A stretch of 41,909 bases of DNA, from positions 1-41,909 of IMG/VR virus record IMGVR_UViG_3300021387_000133; one strand, written 5' to 3'. The notes beneath the pieces were generated by a model, which made no database searches, was not told where the DNA came from, and was given only the letters and a program-made list of their open reading frames with translations. Below are positions 1 to 6,914 of the stretch, piece by piece. The stretch's first letter is position 1. Every line of letters starts with the position of its first letter. The position numbers and the translations under genes were made by a program. Origin of the DNA: a virus.

Positions 1-107
1 GTTTGTTGAAACACTTCAAAAGTTCAACCTTGACGGCTTTCCTGTGCTTCATAATGCTTTATTTTATCAGGGTTTTTTCTGCTGTTCAATAGTTCAGTTC
101 CCACGGG
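1..107 (+). repeat. Left copy of exact 107-bp terminal direct repeat (assembly overlap or att core)
   Basis: Base-by-base identical to 41803-41909 by hand comparison. Confidence 0.95.
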
Positions 108-128
108 TCAGCCTGTGATTTTCTGAAA

Positions 129-156
129 TCGTGGGCAATAGGTGGGTTTTGCCCAC
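129..156 (+). repeat. 28-nt imperfect direct repeat flanking the 107-bp repeat (candidate integrase arm-type site; also a hairpin after the endolysin)
   Basis: TCGTGGGCAATAGGTGGGTTTTGCCCAC matches 41701-41728 (TCGTGGGCAAAATGTGGGCTGTTCCCAC) at 23/28 positions by hand count. It contains the inverted pair GTGGGCA/TGCCCAC. Confidence 0.4.
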
Positions 157-158
157 AA

Positions 159-1898
159 TCACCGCTTGACGTATGTACCGGACACAAACCCGGTCTTGTC
201 TTTGTAGGCCACAAGCAGCCATTTCACCCCGTTCACCGTGGTGTAATACCCGTAATTGTGAACCTTTGCCCCATGCGGTATCACATCAACAACGTTGTTT
301 TCAGTGATCTTCCCCGGCTCATATCTCAAATACAGACCATTGGCAGCGGTCACCTTGTACGCACCTGCAACGGACTTGTTGAAGGACTGTGCAAAGGCCA
401 CCTGCTTGACCGCTGCCGGTGCAGATGCCTTTTCATCAGCTTTCTTGGAAATGAACCCGGAATAAACAAACCCATACTTGCCGTTGTACTTGATGAAATA
501 CCAGATAGCACCGTCAGATGCCTGTATCTGATCACACACCCCAACAACAGCACCGTACTTCAGCGGACTGAAAGAACATTCTTTATATTCCCCACCTGCC
601 CATGTACGGACAGCAAGACCACCTTCAGCGGTAACAGTACCGTCCCAAAGAACTTTGTTCTTCACCGTGCCGGTGCTGTCTGTCTTGCCTTTGGTGTCAT
701 CCTCTGCCGGTGCAGGGGTTGTTTCCTGTGTTCCTGCTTTCAGTGCATAGTTCGGTAAACAATAACCCCTGATGTATCTGCCGTTTACGTTCAGATCACG
801 ATAACCAACAGCATCATTTTTGTTCCCTTCAATTATCTTGATGGTCTTACCGGAAACAGAAACCACAATACCAACATGATCAGGATAACCCACACAGTCA
901 GTGCTTGCATAGTTGCTGCCGTCCTTCCAATAGTACATGATCACGTCACCCGGTTTGGGGGTGTATGCGTCATTTTCCTGCCACCGTCCAAGTGCACGGT
1001 ACAGGTCAACCATAGCACCACAACCGCATTCAGTAGGCATGATATCAGTCAGACCACACAGAATGCTGATTGCAGAAACAAAGGTTGCACACCACGCATC
1101 AGAATACGTGACCTTATACCCACGGGGCAGTGTCTTCTGCTTGGTGTTGTATATGTCAATGATACGTCTGTGTGAACCGTCCGCTTCATTGCTGCCTAAA
1201 TACTTCTGTGCGGTGGTCACAACCTTCTGTCTAAGTTCGTTTTCAGTCATGCCGGTTTCATCCCTTTCCTTCAGGTGTTCAATGATCATGCTATAGACGG
1301 CCTTTTGCCTGCTGACATAATCCCCCACCTGATTGTCATTCGATTTATCAGCCGGGTCAGTACACAGTGCAGCATAAATGGTTGCAGCAGTGTACGGTGT
1401 TGCTGTTTTGGCAAGAATGCGTTTCAATGCACCGCTGCCACCGTGATGAATAATGTTGATGCATTCCACCATGCCACCTGCTGACATTTCCCCATATACG
1501 GCACTGATGGTCTTTTCATATTCATCAATCTGTTGCAGCATCAGCTGATCTTGACATTTTCTGCCGGTTTCGCTGTCAATAATCTTCCTGATACAGACGG
1601 CCTTTGCAGATGACTTCTGCACCCGGTAATTATTCCAATCAGCAGTGTCAAGGTCTTTACCAATACCGGCTGTGTCCAGTGTTTCAAATCCTGCTTTGTC
1701 TGTTGAACGGATCAGTTGCAGCAGGCGTTTTGCTTCAGCACCTAACCATTGACCTGCACCGATAGTGATAGCGGTTTCGCCATCACTAACGGCAAATGCA
1801 GGTACAAAGGCGGTGTAGTCACGCTTTCCATAAGCCTGACCGCCCGTTTCAACAGCATACAGGATGTTTTTGCAAACTTCCTTCTGCTGTTTATTCAT
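159..1898 (-). CDS. Multidomain endolysin: N-terminal glycosidase-like region, central CHAP/NlpC-P60-type peptidase, two C-terminal SH3b-like repeats
   Basis: 579-aa ORF directly after the holin. The central region has DAWCATFVS ... DHVGIVV ... IEGN, a Cys/His amidase arrangement. Two C-terminal ~65-aa repeats resemble SH3b wall-binding domains. The N-terminal domain function was not resolved by eye. Confidence 0.8.
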   Translation of the reverse strand: MNKQQKEVCKNILYAVETGGQAYGKRDYTAFVPAFAVSDGETAITIGAGQWLGAEAKRLLQLIRSTDKAGFETLDTAGIGKDLDTADWNNYRVQKSSAKAVCIRKIIDSETGRKCQDQLMLQQIDEYEKTISAVYGEMSAGGMVECINIIHHGGSGALKRILAKTATPYTAATIYAALCTDPADKSNDNQVGDYVSRQKAVYSMIIEHLKERDETGMTENELRQKVVTTAQKYLGSNEADGSHRRIIDIYNTKQKTLPRGYKVTYSDAWCATFVSAISILCGLTDIMPTECGCGAMVDLYRALGRWQENDAYTPKPGDVIMYYWKDGSNYASTDCVGYPDHVGIVVSVSGKTIKIIEGNKNDAVGYRDLNVNGRYIRGYCLPNYALKAGTQETTPAPAEDDTKGKTDSTGTVKNKVLWDGTVTAEGGLAVRTWAGGEYKECSFSPLKYGAVVGVCDQIQASDGAIWYFIKYNGKYGFVYSGFISKKADEKASAPAAVKQVAFAQSFNKSVAGAYKVTAANGLYLRYEPGKITENNVVDVIPHGAKVHNYGYYTTVNGVKWLLVAYKDKTGFVSGTYVKR

Positions 1899-1901
1899 GT
1901 T

Positions 1902-2330
1902 TTATTTCCCTTCATCCGTTTTCTGCTGAAGAATATTGATTGCCTTGGTAACGACTTCAGGCAGGGGCAGACCCATCAGACCGGCATTTTCTACAATGCT
2001 GATCAGTTCGTTTGCCATAAAGCCAATACACACGGTGTCCCTGATGTATGTGACACCTATTGCTAAATCAAGGCGGTGTGCAATCAGGACAAATAAAAGT
2101 GTCATGCCTTTCCTGCACAGACCTTTCCACCCGGCACGGCTTTCAAGTGCACCATTGTCTGACTTGTTGCTGTTCTTGAAAACGCCTGCAACGATCAGAC
2201 CAGAAAAATAGTCAATAGCCATGAAAATAATCAGGGTCATCAATGCTTCATCCCACCCCCCAAACAGGGATGCAATCAAACTACCAACTACCCCGATGAT
2301 GGTACAAGATAACTGTTTCATTCTTGTCAT
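1902..2330 (-). CDS. Holin (phage_holin_4 / TcdE-like family)
   Basis: 142 aa with several hydrophobic helices. The FMAIDYFSG and GWKGLCRKG motifs are typical of this holin family. It lies immediately upstream of the endolysin. Confidence 0.8.
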   Translation of the reverse strand: MTRMKQLSCTIIGVVGSLIASLFGGWDEALMTLIIFMAIDYFSGLIVAGVFKNSNKSDNGALESRAGWKGLCRKGMTLLFVLIAHRLDLAIGVTYIRDTVCIGFMANELISIVENAGLMGLPLPEVVTKAINILQQKTDEGK

Positions 2331-2354
2331 CCTTTCTGTTAGTTACTTGCGAAC

Positions 2355-2408
2355 GCAAAAACAACCGCCTGTGACCTCATATAACGGTCATATAGCGGTT
2401 GTTTTTGC
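2355..2408. terminator. 14-bp-stem hairpin between small tail-associated genes and holin (putative bidirectional terminator/attenuator)
   Basis: GCAAAAACAACCGC (2355-2368) pairs perfectly with GCGGTTGTTTTTGC (2395-2408). The 26-nt loop carries a motif repeated at 18648-18673. The T-runs lie inside the stem arms, so terminator function is uncertain. Confidence 0.4.
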
Positions 2409-2436
2409 TTCAATGGTAAATTGTTCACCTGTTGCT

Positions 2437-2580
2437 TCACTCACCGTCTGACGGCATTTCTGCCAGTTCGGGCAGGTCAAGGTCAATCAGAATTTCCTGC
2501 ACCTGTGCACGGATTTTCACCGGCACGTCAGCAATGGTCTTTTTGCCCTTGACAATCAGGGTTGCATAAATAACTGCCAT
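2437..2580 (-). CDS. Small conserved phage protein (short YAxLI-KG-K-T-VP type, as found between fibre and holin genes of Clostridia phages)
   Basis: The track ORF 2437-2646 is trimmed to the internal ATG at 2580 (MAVIYATLIVKGKKTIADVPVKIRAQV...), which is preceded by AAGAAGGTGAAAGAA. It is a paralogue of the ORF at 2636-2764. Confidence 0.5.
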   Translation of the reverse strand: MAVIYATLIVKGKKTIADVPVKIRAQVQEILIDLDLPELAEMPSDGE

Positions 2581-2635
2581 TTCTTTCACCTTCTTTCCGA
2601 GTAAGATATATATGAACCACATCATGGTGCATACC

Positions 2636-2764
2636 TCATTCATCAATCAGTTCCGGGTGTCCCCGTCTGATCAGAACTTCTTTGACTGCTTCCTTCAGCT
2701 TTGCCGGTACTTCAGAATAGGTCTTTCTTCCCTTGATGATCAGATCAGCATATACTTCTGCCAT
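2636..2764 (-). CDS. Small conserved phage protein, tandem paralogue (42 aa, below ORF-track cutoff)
   Basis: Hand translation gives MAEVYADLIIKGRKTYSEVPAKLKEAVKEVLIRRGHPELIDE*, with ATG at 2764 and TGA at 2636-2638. It shares the same motif pattern as 2437-2580. Confidence 0.45.
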   Translation of the reverse strand: MAEVYADLIIKGRKTYSEVPAKLKEAVKEVLIRRGHPELIDE

Positions 2765-2768
2765 GATA

Positions 2769-3032
2769 TCAACCCCCAATCAGTTCATACACATCACACA
2801 GTGCCATCTGTGTGTTTGTCACTTCCGTTGCCAGTTCTTCATTCTGCTGCTGAAGCAGTTTGATGTATTCATCCTTGTCATACTCAATCAGGGTGAAACT
2901 GAACCCTTCAAAGGTTTCTTCACCGTGGTCTTCTGTGACCGGCTGAATGTTCTGTGCAACGAAAACCTTTGTTGCTGTGATTTCCACATCAAGCGGTTTC
3001 ACGGTGCTTTGCTGCACTCCATAATTTTTCAT
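2769..3032 (-). CDS. Hypothetical tail-fibre-associated protein (XkdW-like by general pattern)
   Basis: 87 aa and acidic, with a C-terminal helical segment (QQQNEELATEVTNTQMALCDVYELI). Its ATG overlaps the RT stop (ATGA at 3029-3032). The function call is tentative. Confidence 0.45.
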   Translation of the reverse strand: MKNYGVQQSTVKPLDVEITATKVFVAQNIQPVTEDHGEETFEGFSFTLIEYDKDEYIKLLQQQNEELATEVTNTQMALCDVYELIGG

Positions 3033-4156
3033 GCTGCCTTTGCCCCTTTCTTGTTTGGTTCAATGTTGGTTTTATAATATTCATCTGCAAACGGTATCAG
3101 CGGTGTTATATACTTCTTTGTCAGTCTGAAGCTGTTGCAGTGTTTCAACCATCCTTGATATGAATGAATTGAACACCATTCTGAATAGTTCATCATCTTG
3201 CCACTTTCACACTTCTGCCTGATTGCAGTCATTTTCTGTTTCATGGTCATACAGGTGGACTTTCTCAGCAGGACATAATTCATGAATACCCTGTAACCAA
3301 GATAATCAACACCACGTACATAAGACGGGAATATTTGCCAATTTCCTTTGACCTGCAACCGCATATTTTCTTTGAAGTAAATCTTGATTTCTTCAATCAG
3401 CAGGTGCAGTTCTTCTTTTGTTTCCGCAAAAATAACAATGTCATCCATGTATCTGAAGTAATGCTTTACGTGCTTGACTTCCTTCATCCAGTGGTCAAAG
3501 TCACTGAAGTAGTAATTTCCAGAATACTGTGACAAGTAATTGCCTATAGGAATGCCGGTGTTCGGGTCAATGTCTTCTTCAAGCAGGTATATTTCAACCA
3601 AGTCTTCATCATCTGCCGTGTTGATGCTGTCAATAATTTCATCCAACAACCACAACAGATCATGGTCTTTGAACAGCCGTCTGAATTTCTGTTTCATGAT
3701 ATCGTGGTTGATGCTTTGGTAATAATGCCGTGCATCAATCTTCAGGCAGTATTGACACCCTTTCACATCATGCTGCATTGCATCAGTCAGGCGGTTCAGC
3801 CCCTTATGAATGCCCCTGTCAGGTATTGCACTGTATGTATCTGCTATCAGATGTTTGACAATGTACGGTTCAATCACCTGCAAGATTGCCCATTGTGCAA
3901 CCCGGTCAGGGAAATACGGCAGCTTGTAAATCTTTCGGTTCTTGTCTCTTTCCTTCTTGAAAAATACCTCATAATCTGATGTGTGATACAATCGGTTCTT
4001 CAGAAGGTATTGAAGATAATACAGGTAATAGTCAGGGCATTTGTCTATTTCCTTGACTTCCTTGTACCACCCTTTACCCTTCTTTGCGTTCTTATGCGCT
4101 AACCTCAAATTTTCAATATCACAAATTTTATCGAACAGGTTTCCTACACGCTTCAT
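3029..4156 (-). CDS. DGR-type reverse transcriptase
   Basis: 375 aa. The N-terminus (MKRVGNLFDKICDIENLRLAHKNAKKGK) is typical of DGR RTs. It has the IGNYLSQY (IGxxxSQ) motif and the YMDDIVIF catalytic YxDD box. A TR/VR pair with adenine-only differences lies immediately upstream. Confidence 0.93.
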   Translation of the reverse strand: MKRVGNLFDKICDIENLRLAHKNAKKGKGWYKEVKEIDKCPDYYLYYLQYLLKNRLYHTSDYEVFFKKERDKNRKIYKLPYFPDRVAQWAILQVIEPYIVKHLIADTYSAIPDRGIHKGLNRLTDAMQHDVKGCQYCLKIDARHYYQSINHDIMKQKFRRLFKDHDLLWLLDEIIDSINTADDEDLVEIYLLEEDIDPNTGIPIGNYLSQYSGNYYFSDFDHWMKEVKHVKHYFRYMDDIVIFAETKEELHLLIEEIKIYFKENMRLQVKGNWQIFPSYVRGVDYLGYRVFMNYVLLRKSTCMTMKQKMTAIRQKCESGKMMNYSEWCSIHSYQGWLKHCNSFRLTKKYITPLIPFADEYYKTNIEPNKKGAKAA

Positions 4157-4195
4157 TCTCCATCTTTCTGTATGCGTGAAAACCGGGTCTTCAAC

Positions 4196-4223
4196 CTTAT
4201 ACGAATGAGTACAAGTCTACCAA
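4196..4223 (-). promoter_or_regulatory. Putative sigma70-type promoter for the RT gene
   Basis: Minus strand reads TTGGTA (4223-4218), a 16-nt spacer, then TATAAG (4201-4196). It is flanked by the 14-bp direct repeats ATCTTTCTGTATGC at 4162-4175 and 4231-4244. Confidence 0.35.
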
Positions 4224-4319
4224 CACGGCAATCTTTCTGTATGCCTGAACAGTCACCTTTTGGATGCTGCACAGGTCTTTTCTGTTTTGCCAAGGGGCAA
4301 GGTTAAACAACTACCACAT

Positions 4320-4365
4320 TTTTATATAAAAACAGCAGGGACTTTCAATGTCATCCCTGCTGTTT
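4320..4365 (-). terminator. Rho-independent terminator immediately 3' of the DGR template repeat
   Basis: Perfect 12-bp stem (4330-4341 / 4354-4365) with a 12-nt loop. On the minus strand it is followed by TTTTTATAT. Confidence 0.7.
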
Positions 4366-4370
4366 CACGC

Positions 4371-4491
4371 ATTTACTAAGTGACTGCTGATATTCCGATT
4401 ACGATTACCAACACTATTATTCAGATTCCAATAGAAACTGCCTGCATTAGTGCCATTATTCCAATTACTGCCTAATTGAGCAATTCTTTTT
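4371..4491 (-). repeat. DGR template repeat (TR), non-coding
   Basis: 121 bp, collinear with 4621-4741 at a constant offset of 250 bp. It differs only where the TR minus strand has A. It is A-rich, with 11 AAT codons when read in the VR frame. Confidence 0.92.
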
Positions 4492-4551
4492 GTGGTTTCG
4501 TGCAGAATTAGTGATAATTTCAGCGGTTGTTCAACCTATATCTAAACGTGG

Positions 4552-6681
4552 TCAGGCAGCAAGCTGTTCTTCCCACGCATTGATATTTGTCTGATAGTCT
4601 TCTGCGTTCCGTGTCGGTACATACACCAAGCGACCGCCGATATTCCGATCACGATCACCAACACCATTAAACAGATGCCAACAGAAACCGCCCGCACTAG
4701 CGCCATGACTCCAACTACCGCCCAATCGAGCAATACGGTATCCGTTCAGGTCTGCGGTCACATAGTGGTAGTCACCAACCGGCAGTGAACTGTTTCCGGT
4801 GCATTCAGATGCCATGAACAACCAATCACATTTTGTACTGTATCCGATTGCGGAAATATAGCCGTTTGCGTTGGTCACGGTGAAACCGGCAGGTTCATAG
4901 TTTCCGTTGTTCTTACTTTCTGCAAAACTGAAGTCATTGCAGATATACGGCTGACCACCTTCCATGCTGCCATTACCCCACATATTGACACCATAGACAA
5001 ATTTCCAGATGTTACCAAAGAAGTTTTCTTTGCCACGCCACCGCATAGCGGTTTTGTTCGCTGCCGTTTCTGTGTAGGTTGTGCCGTTTCTTTCATTGAT
5101 GGTGCTTTCGGCACGGCCTGTGCCGTTTCCAATGCTTGCGGTACTGCCGGTCAAGCTGCTGTTGTTTGTGGTGTTCGGACTGTCAGAAATGCCGGTGACA
5201 CCTGCACTGATAGCATCCTGAAAGTTCATAGTTCCAAGTTCAATCATCATCAGCAACTGTTCAGCAGATACCAACTTGATCAGATCACCGTGGAAACCTG
5301 AACCCCGGTTCTGTGCCATCGTTTCAACGTTCGGCCTTGTCAGTCCCTGTGTCACACCTGATGCCGGTTTCACCCCGGCAATAGAACTGAACTTGTCCTG
5401 TGCCACCGCCATGACCTGCGCATCATCCGTGATGTATGCATTTTCAGAAACATCATACAGACAACCTTCATACGCACCGGTCAGGAAATAGTCAATTTCT
5501 TCACCGTTCGCATCATAAAAGGCCGGGTGCAGTCTGAACCCGGTACGGGCTTTCTGACTGACATAATAGTTTGCTTTTCTCAGATGGTAACCAATGCCGG
5601 TGTCAATCGGATCATAGTTGACAGGTGCAACCAGATAATAGAATTTAGGCTGATACACCATGACCTGACCCATGCTGCCATCTTCAGCATAATCATTGTC
5701 ACCGTACCAAGCAACAATAGTTCCGTCATCTGCCACGTTGCACAGTCTTCTGCCCCCATACATTGTGTACTGATCAAAGTCAGCACCGGCAGTCTTTCCA
5801 ACCGCACCTGCAAGACGGGTGTATGTCTTGTTCTCATAGTCAACAGACAGACCAAGTACATCTGTTGTGATGCCAAGGTACGCTTCAATATTTGCCACGC
5901 CTGCAAGAATTTCCTGTGCATTGAAGTTTTCAGACCTCAGTTCTTCAAGGTTTGAACTTGCTGAACTGTTTTCAGCCTGCAAAGACTGATACACGGCCTG
6001 TGCAGTTCCTGTTGAAGTTTCAAGGTTTGTTTTTGCGGTGTTAGCAGTCTGAACATCCGCTGCAAGGTCTGTCCGCATCTGATCAGCGGTATCAATGACA
6101 CCCTGCAACTGTGTCTTTGTACTGTTTGCAGTTGAAACAGCACTGTCAAGATTAGACTTGGACGTTCCTGCCGTACTGACAGAATTGTCAAGCTGTGTCT
6201 TTGCCGTTCCTGCTGCCGTGATGGATGCATCAAGGTTGGTCTTTGCGGTTTCAGCATTGGTCTTTGCCGTGTTCGCTGCTGCCGTTGCCGTTTCAAGGTT
6301 ACTTTTCGCCGTGTTCGCTGTACTTGTGGCAGAAGTCAGGTTTGTACGTGCGGTGTTTGCCGTGGTTGTAGCATTTTGAAGGTTGGTTTTCGCTGTGTTG
6401 GCAGTGTTGGTTGCACTGACCAGATTTGACTTTGCCGTATTACCGGCAGATGTGGCAGCTTCAAGGTCAGACGTGACCTGTTCCGCTGCTGCAACCTTAC
6501 CGTCAAACGCTTCAACCTGATCATCAACAGCGTCTTTGGCAGCGATCACATCAGCCTTTAACTGTGCATAGCTTTCATTATCATCATTGACCTTCACCAA
6601 GGCGTTGATGATAGATGAACGGACTTCTTCACCGTACACTGCATTTGCTATCTGATCAGTATAAGGTGTGATATTAGCCAT
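4552..6681 (-). CDS. Tail fibre / receptor-binding protein, DGR target with C-terminal C-type-lectin (FGE-like) fold region
   Basis: 709 aa. The N-terminus carries 14-aa coiled-coil-like repeats. The C-terminal part contains NFFGNIWKFVYG, comparable to the GNVWEW motif of CLec/FGE folds, and the VR-encoded segment GGSWSHGASAGGFCWHLFNGVGDRDRNIGGRLVY. It sits after the baseplate/tail-tip genes. Confidence 0.88.
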   Translation of the reverse strand: MANITPYTDQIANAVYGEEVRSSIINALVKVNDDNESYAQLKADVIAAKDAVDDQVEAFDGKVAAAEQVTSDLEAATSAGNTAKSNLVSATNTANTAKTNLQNATTTANTARTNLTSATSTANTAKSNLETATAAANTAKTNAETAKTNLDASITAAGTAKTQLDNSVSTAGTSKSNLDSAVSTANSTKTQLQGVIDTADQMRTDLAADVQTANTAKTNLETSTGTAQAVYQSLQAENSSASSNLEELRSENFNAQEILAGVANIEAYLGITTDVLGLSVDYENKTYTRLAGAVGKTAGADFDQYTMYGGRRLCNVADDGTIVAWYGDNDYAEDGSMGQVMVYQPKFYYLVAPVNYDPIDTGIGYHLRKANYYVSQKARTGFRLHPAFYDANGEEIDYFLTGAYEGCLYDVSENAYITDDAQVMAVAQDKFSSIAGVKPASGVTQGLTRPNVETMAQNRGSGFHGDLIKLVSAEQLLMMIELGTMNFQDAISAGVTGISDSPNTTNNSSLTGSTASIGNGTGRAESTINERNGTTYTETAANKTAMRWRGKENFFGNIWKFVYGVNMWGNGSMEGGQPYICNDFSFAESKNNGNYEPAGFTVTNANGYISAIGYSTKCDWLFMASECTGNSSLPVGDYHYVTADLNGYRIARLGGSWSHGASAGGFCWHLFNGVGDRDRNIGGRLVYVPTRNAEDYQTNINAWEEQLAA
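4621..4741 (-). repeat. DGR variable repeat (VR) within the tail-fibre gene
   Basis: Matches the TR except for ~27 substitutions by hand count, all at TR adenines. It ends 23 codons before the fibre stop codon. Confidence 0.92.
6016..6459 (-). repeat. In-frame ~42-bp tandem repeats (14-aa units, ...TANTAKTNLxxA...) in the fibre N-terminal shaft
   Basis: About 10 successive 14-aa units are visible in the translation (aa ~75-222). Examples are ATNTANTAKTNLQN, ATTTANTARTNLTS and ATSTANTAKSNLET. Confidence 0.8.
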
Positions 6682-6910
6682 CTATCTTTTCCCCTTTCTT
6701 TTCTTCCTGAACCTGCATCTTGTTATAGTCAGACACAAGTTCAAGGTTTTTCTGATTTCTGACCTGTGCAAGCAGGTCAAGCACAATACCTTCCATCAGG
6801 TATGCAGGCAAGGCCGTTTCTGCCTGCACCTGATTGAATGAAGCAATCATCATTGCCTTTGCATTTTCCATCATTACTGACAGGGGTTTCTGATTTTTGT
6901 TTTCACTCAT
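6674..6910 (-). CDS. Hypothetical protein between tail-tip protein and fibre
   Basis: 78-aa helical ORF packed tightly between neighbours and overlapping the fibre start. No recognisable motif. Confidence 0.5.
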   Translation of the reverse strand: MSENKNQKPLSVMMENAKAMMIASFNQVQAETALPAYLMEGIVLDLLAQVRNQKNLELVSDYNKMQVQEEKKGEKIDG

Positions 6911-6914
6911 CTGT

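Noticed and set aside
1-107. Terminal repeat as physical cos/DTR ends of the virion DNA
   Set aside because: The PBSX/Terminase_3-type large terminase and SPP1-type portal suggest headful packaging. The repeat is better explained as an assembly overlap or att duplication. This cannot be decided without reads.
3029-4156. RT as a retron, group II intron or Abi-type RT
   Set aside because: No intron RNA domains or maturase/endonuclease extension are present, and there is no msr/msd-like inverted repeat set. The IGxxxSQ motif plus an adjacent A-mutagenised repeat pair points specifically to a DGR.
4542-4733. 63-aa minus-strand ORF overlapping the VR
   Set aside because: It is an alternative frame inside the fibre gene 3' end. 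The VR is in frame with the 709-aa fibre, whose translation shows the expected lectin-like motifs.
6674-6910. Candidate Avd accessory protein for the DGR (also considered: 2769-3032)
   Set aside because: Both are short (78 and 87 aa) and acidic or neutral, unlike the ~120-aa basic four-helix-bundle Avd. The position of 6674-6910, upstream of the target gene, is also atypical. Only a profile search could settle this.
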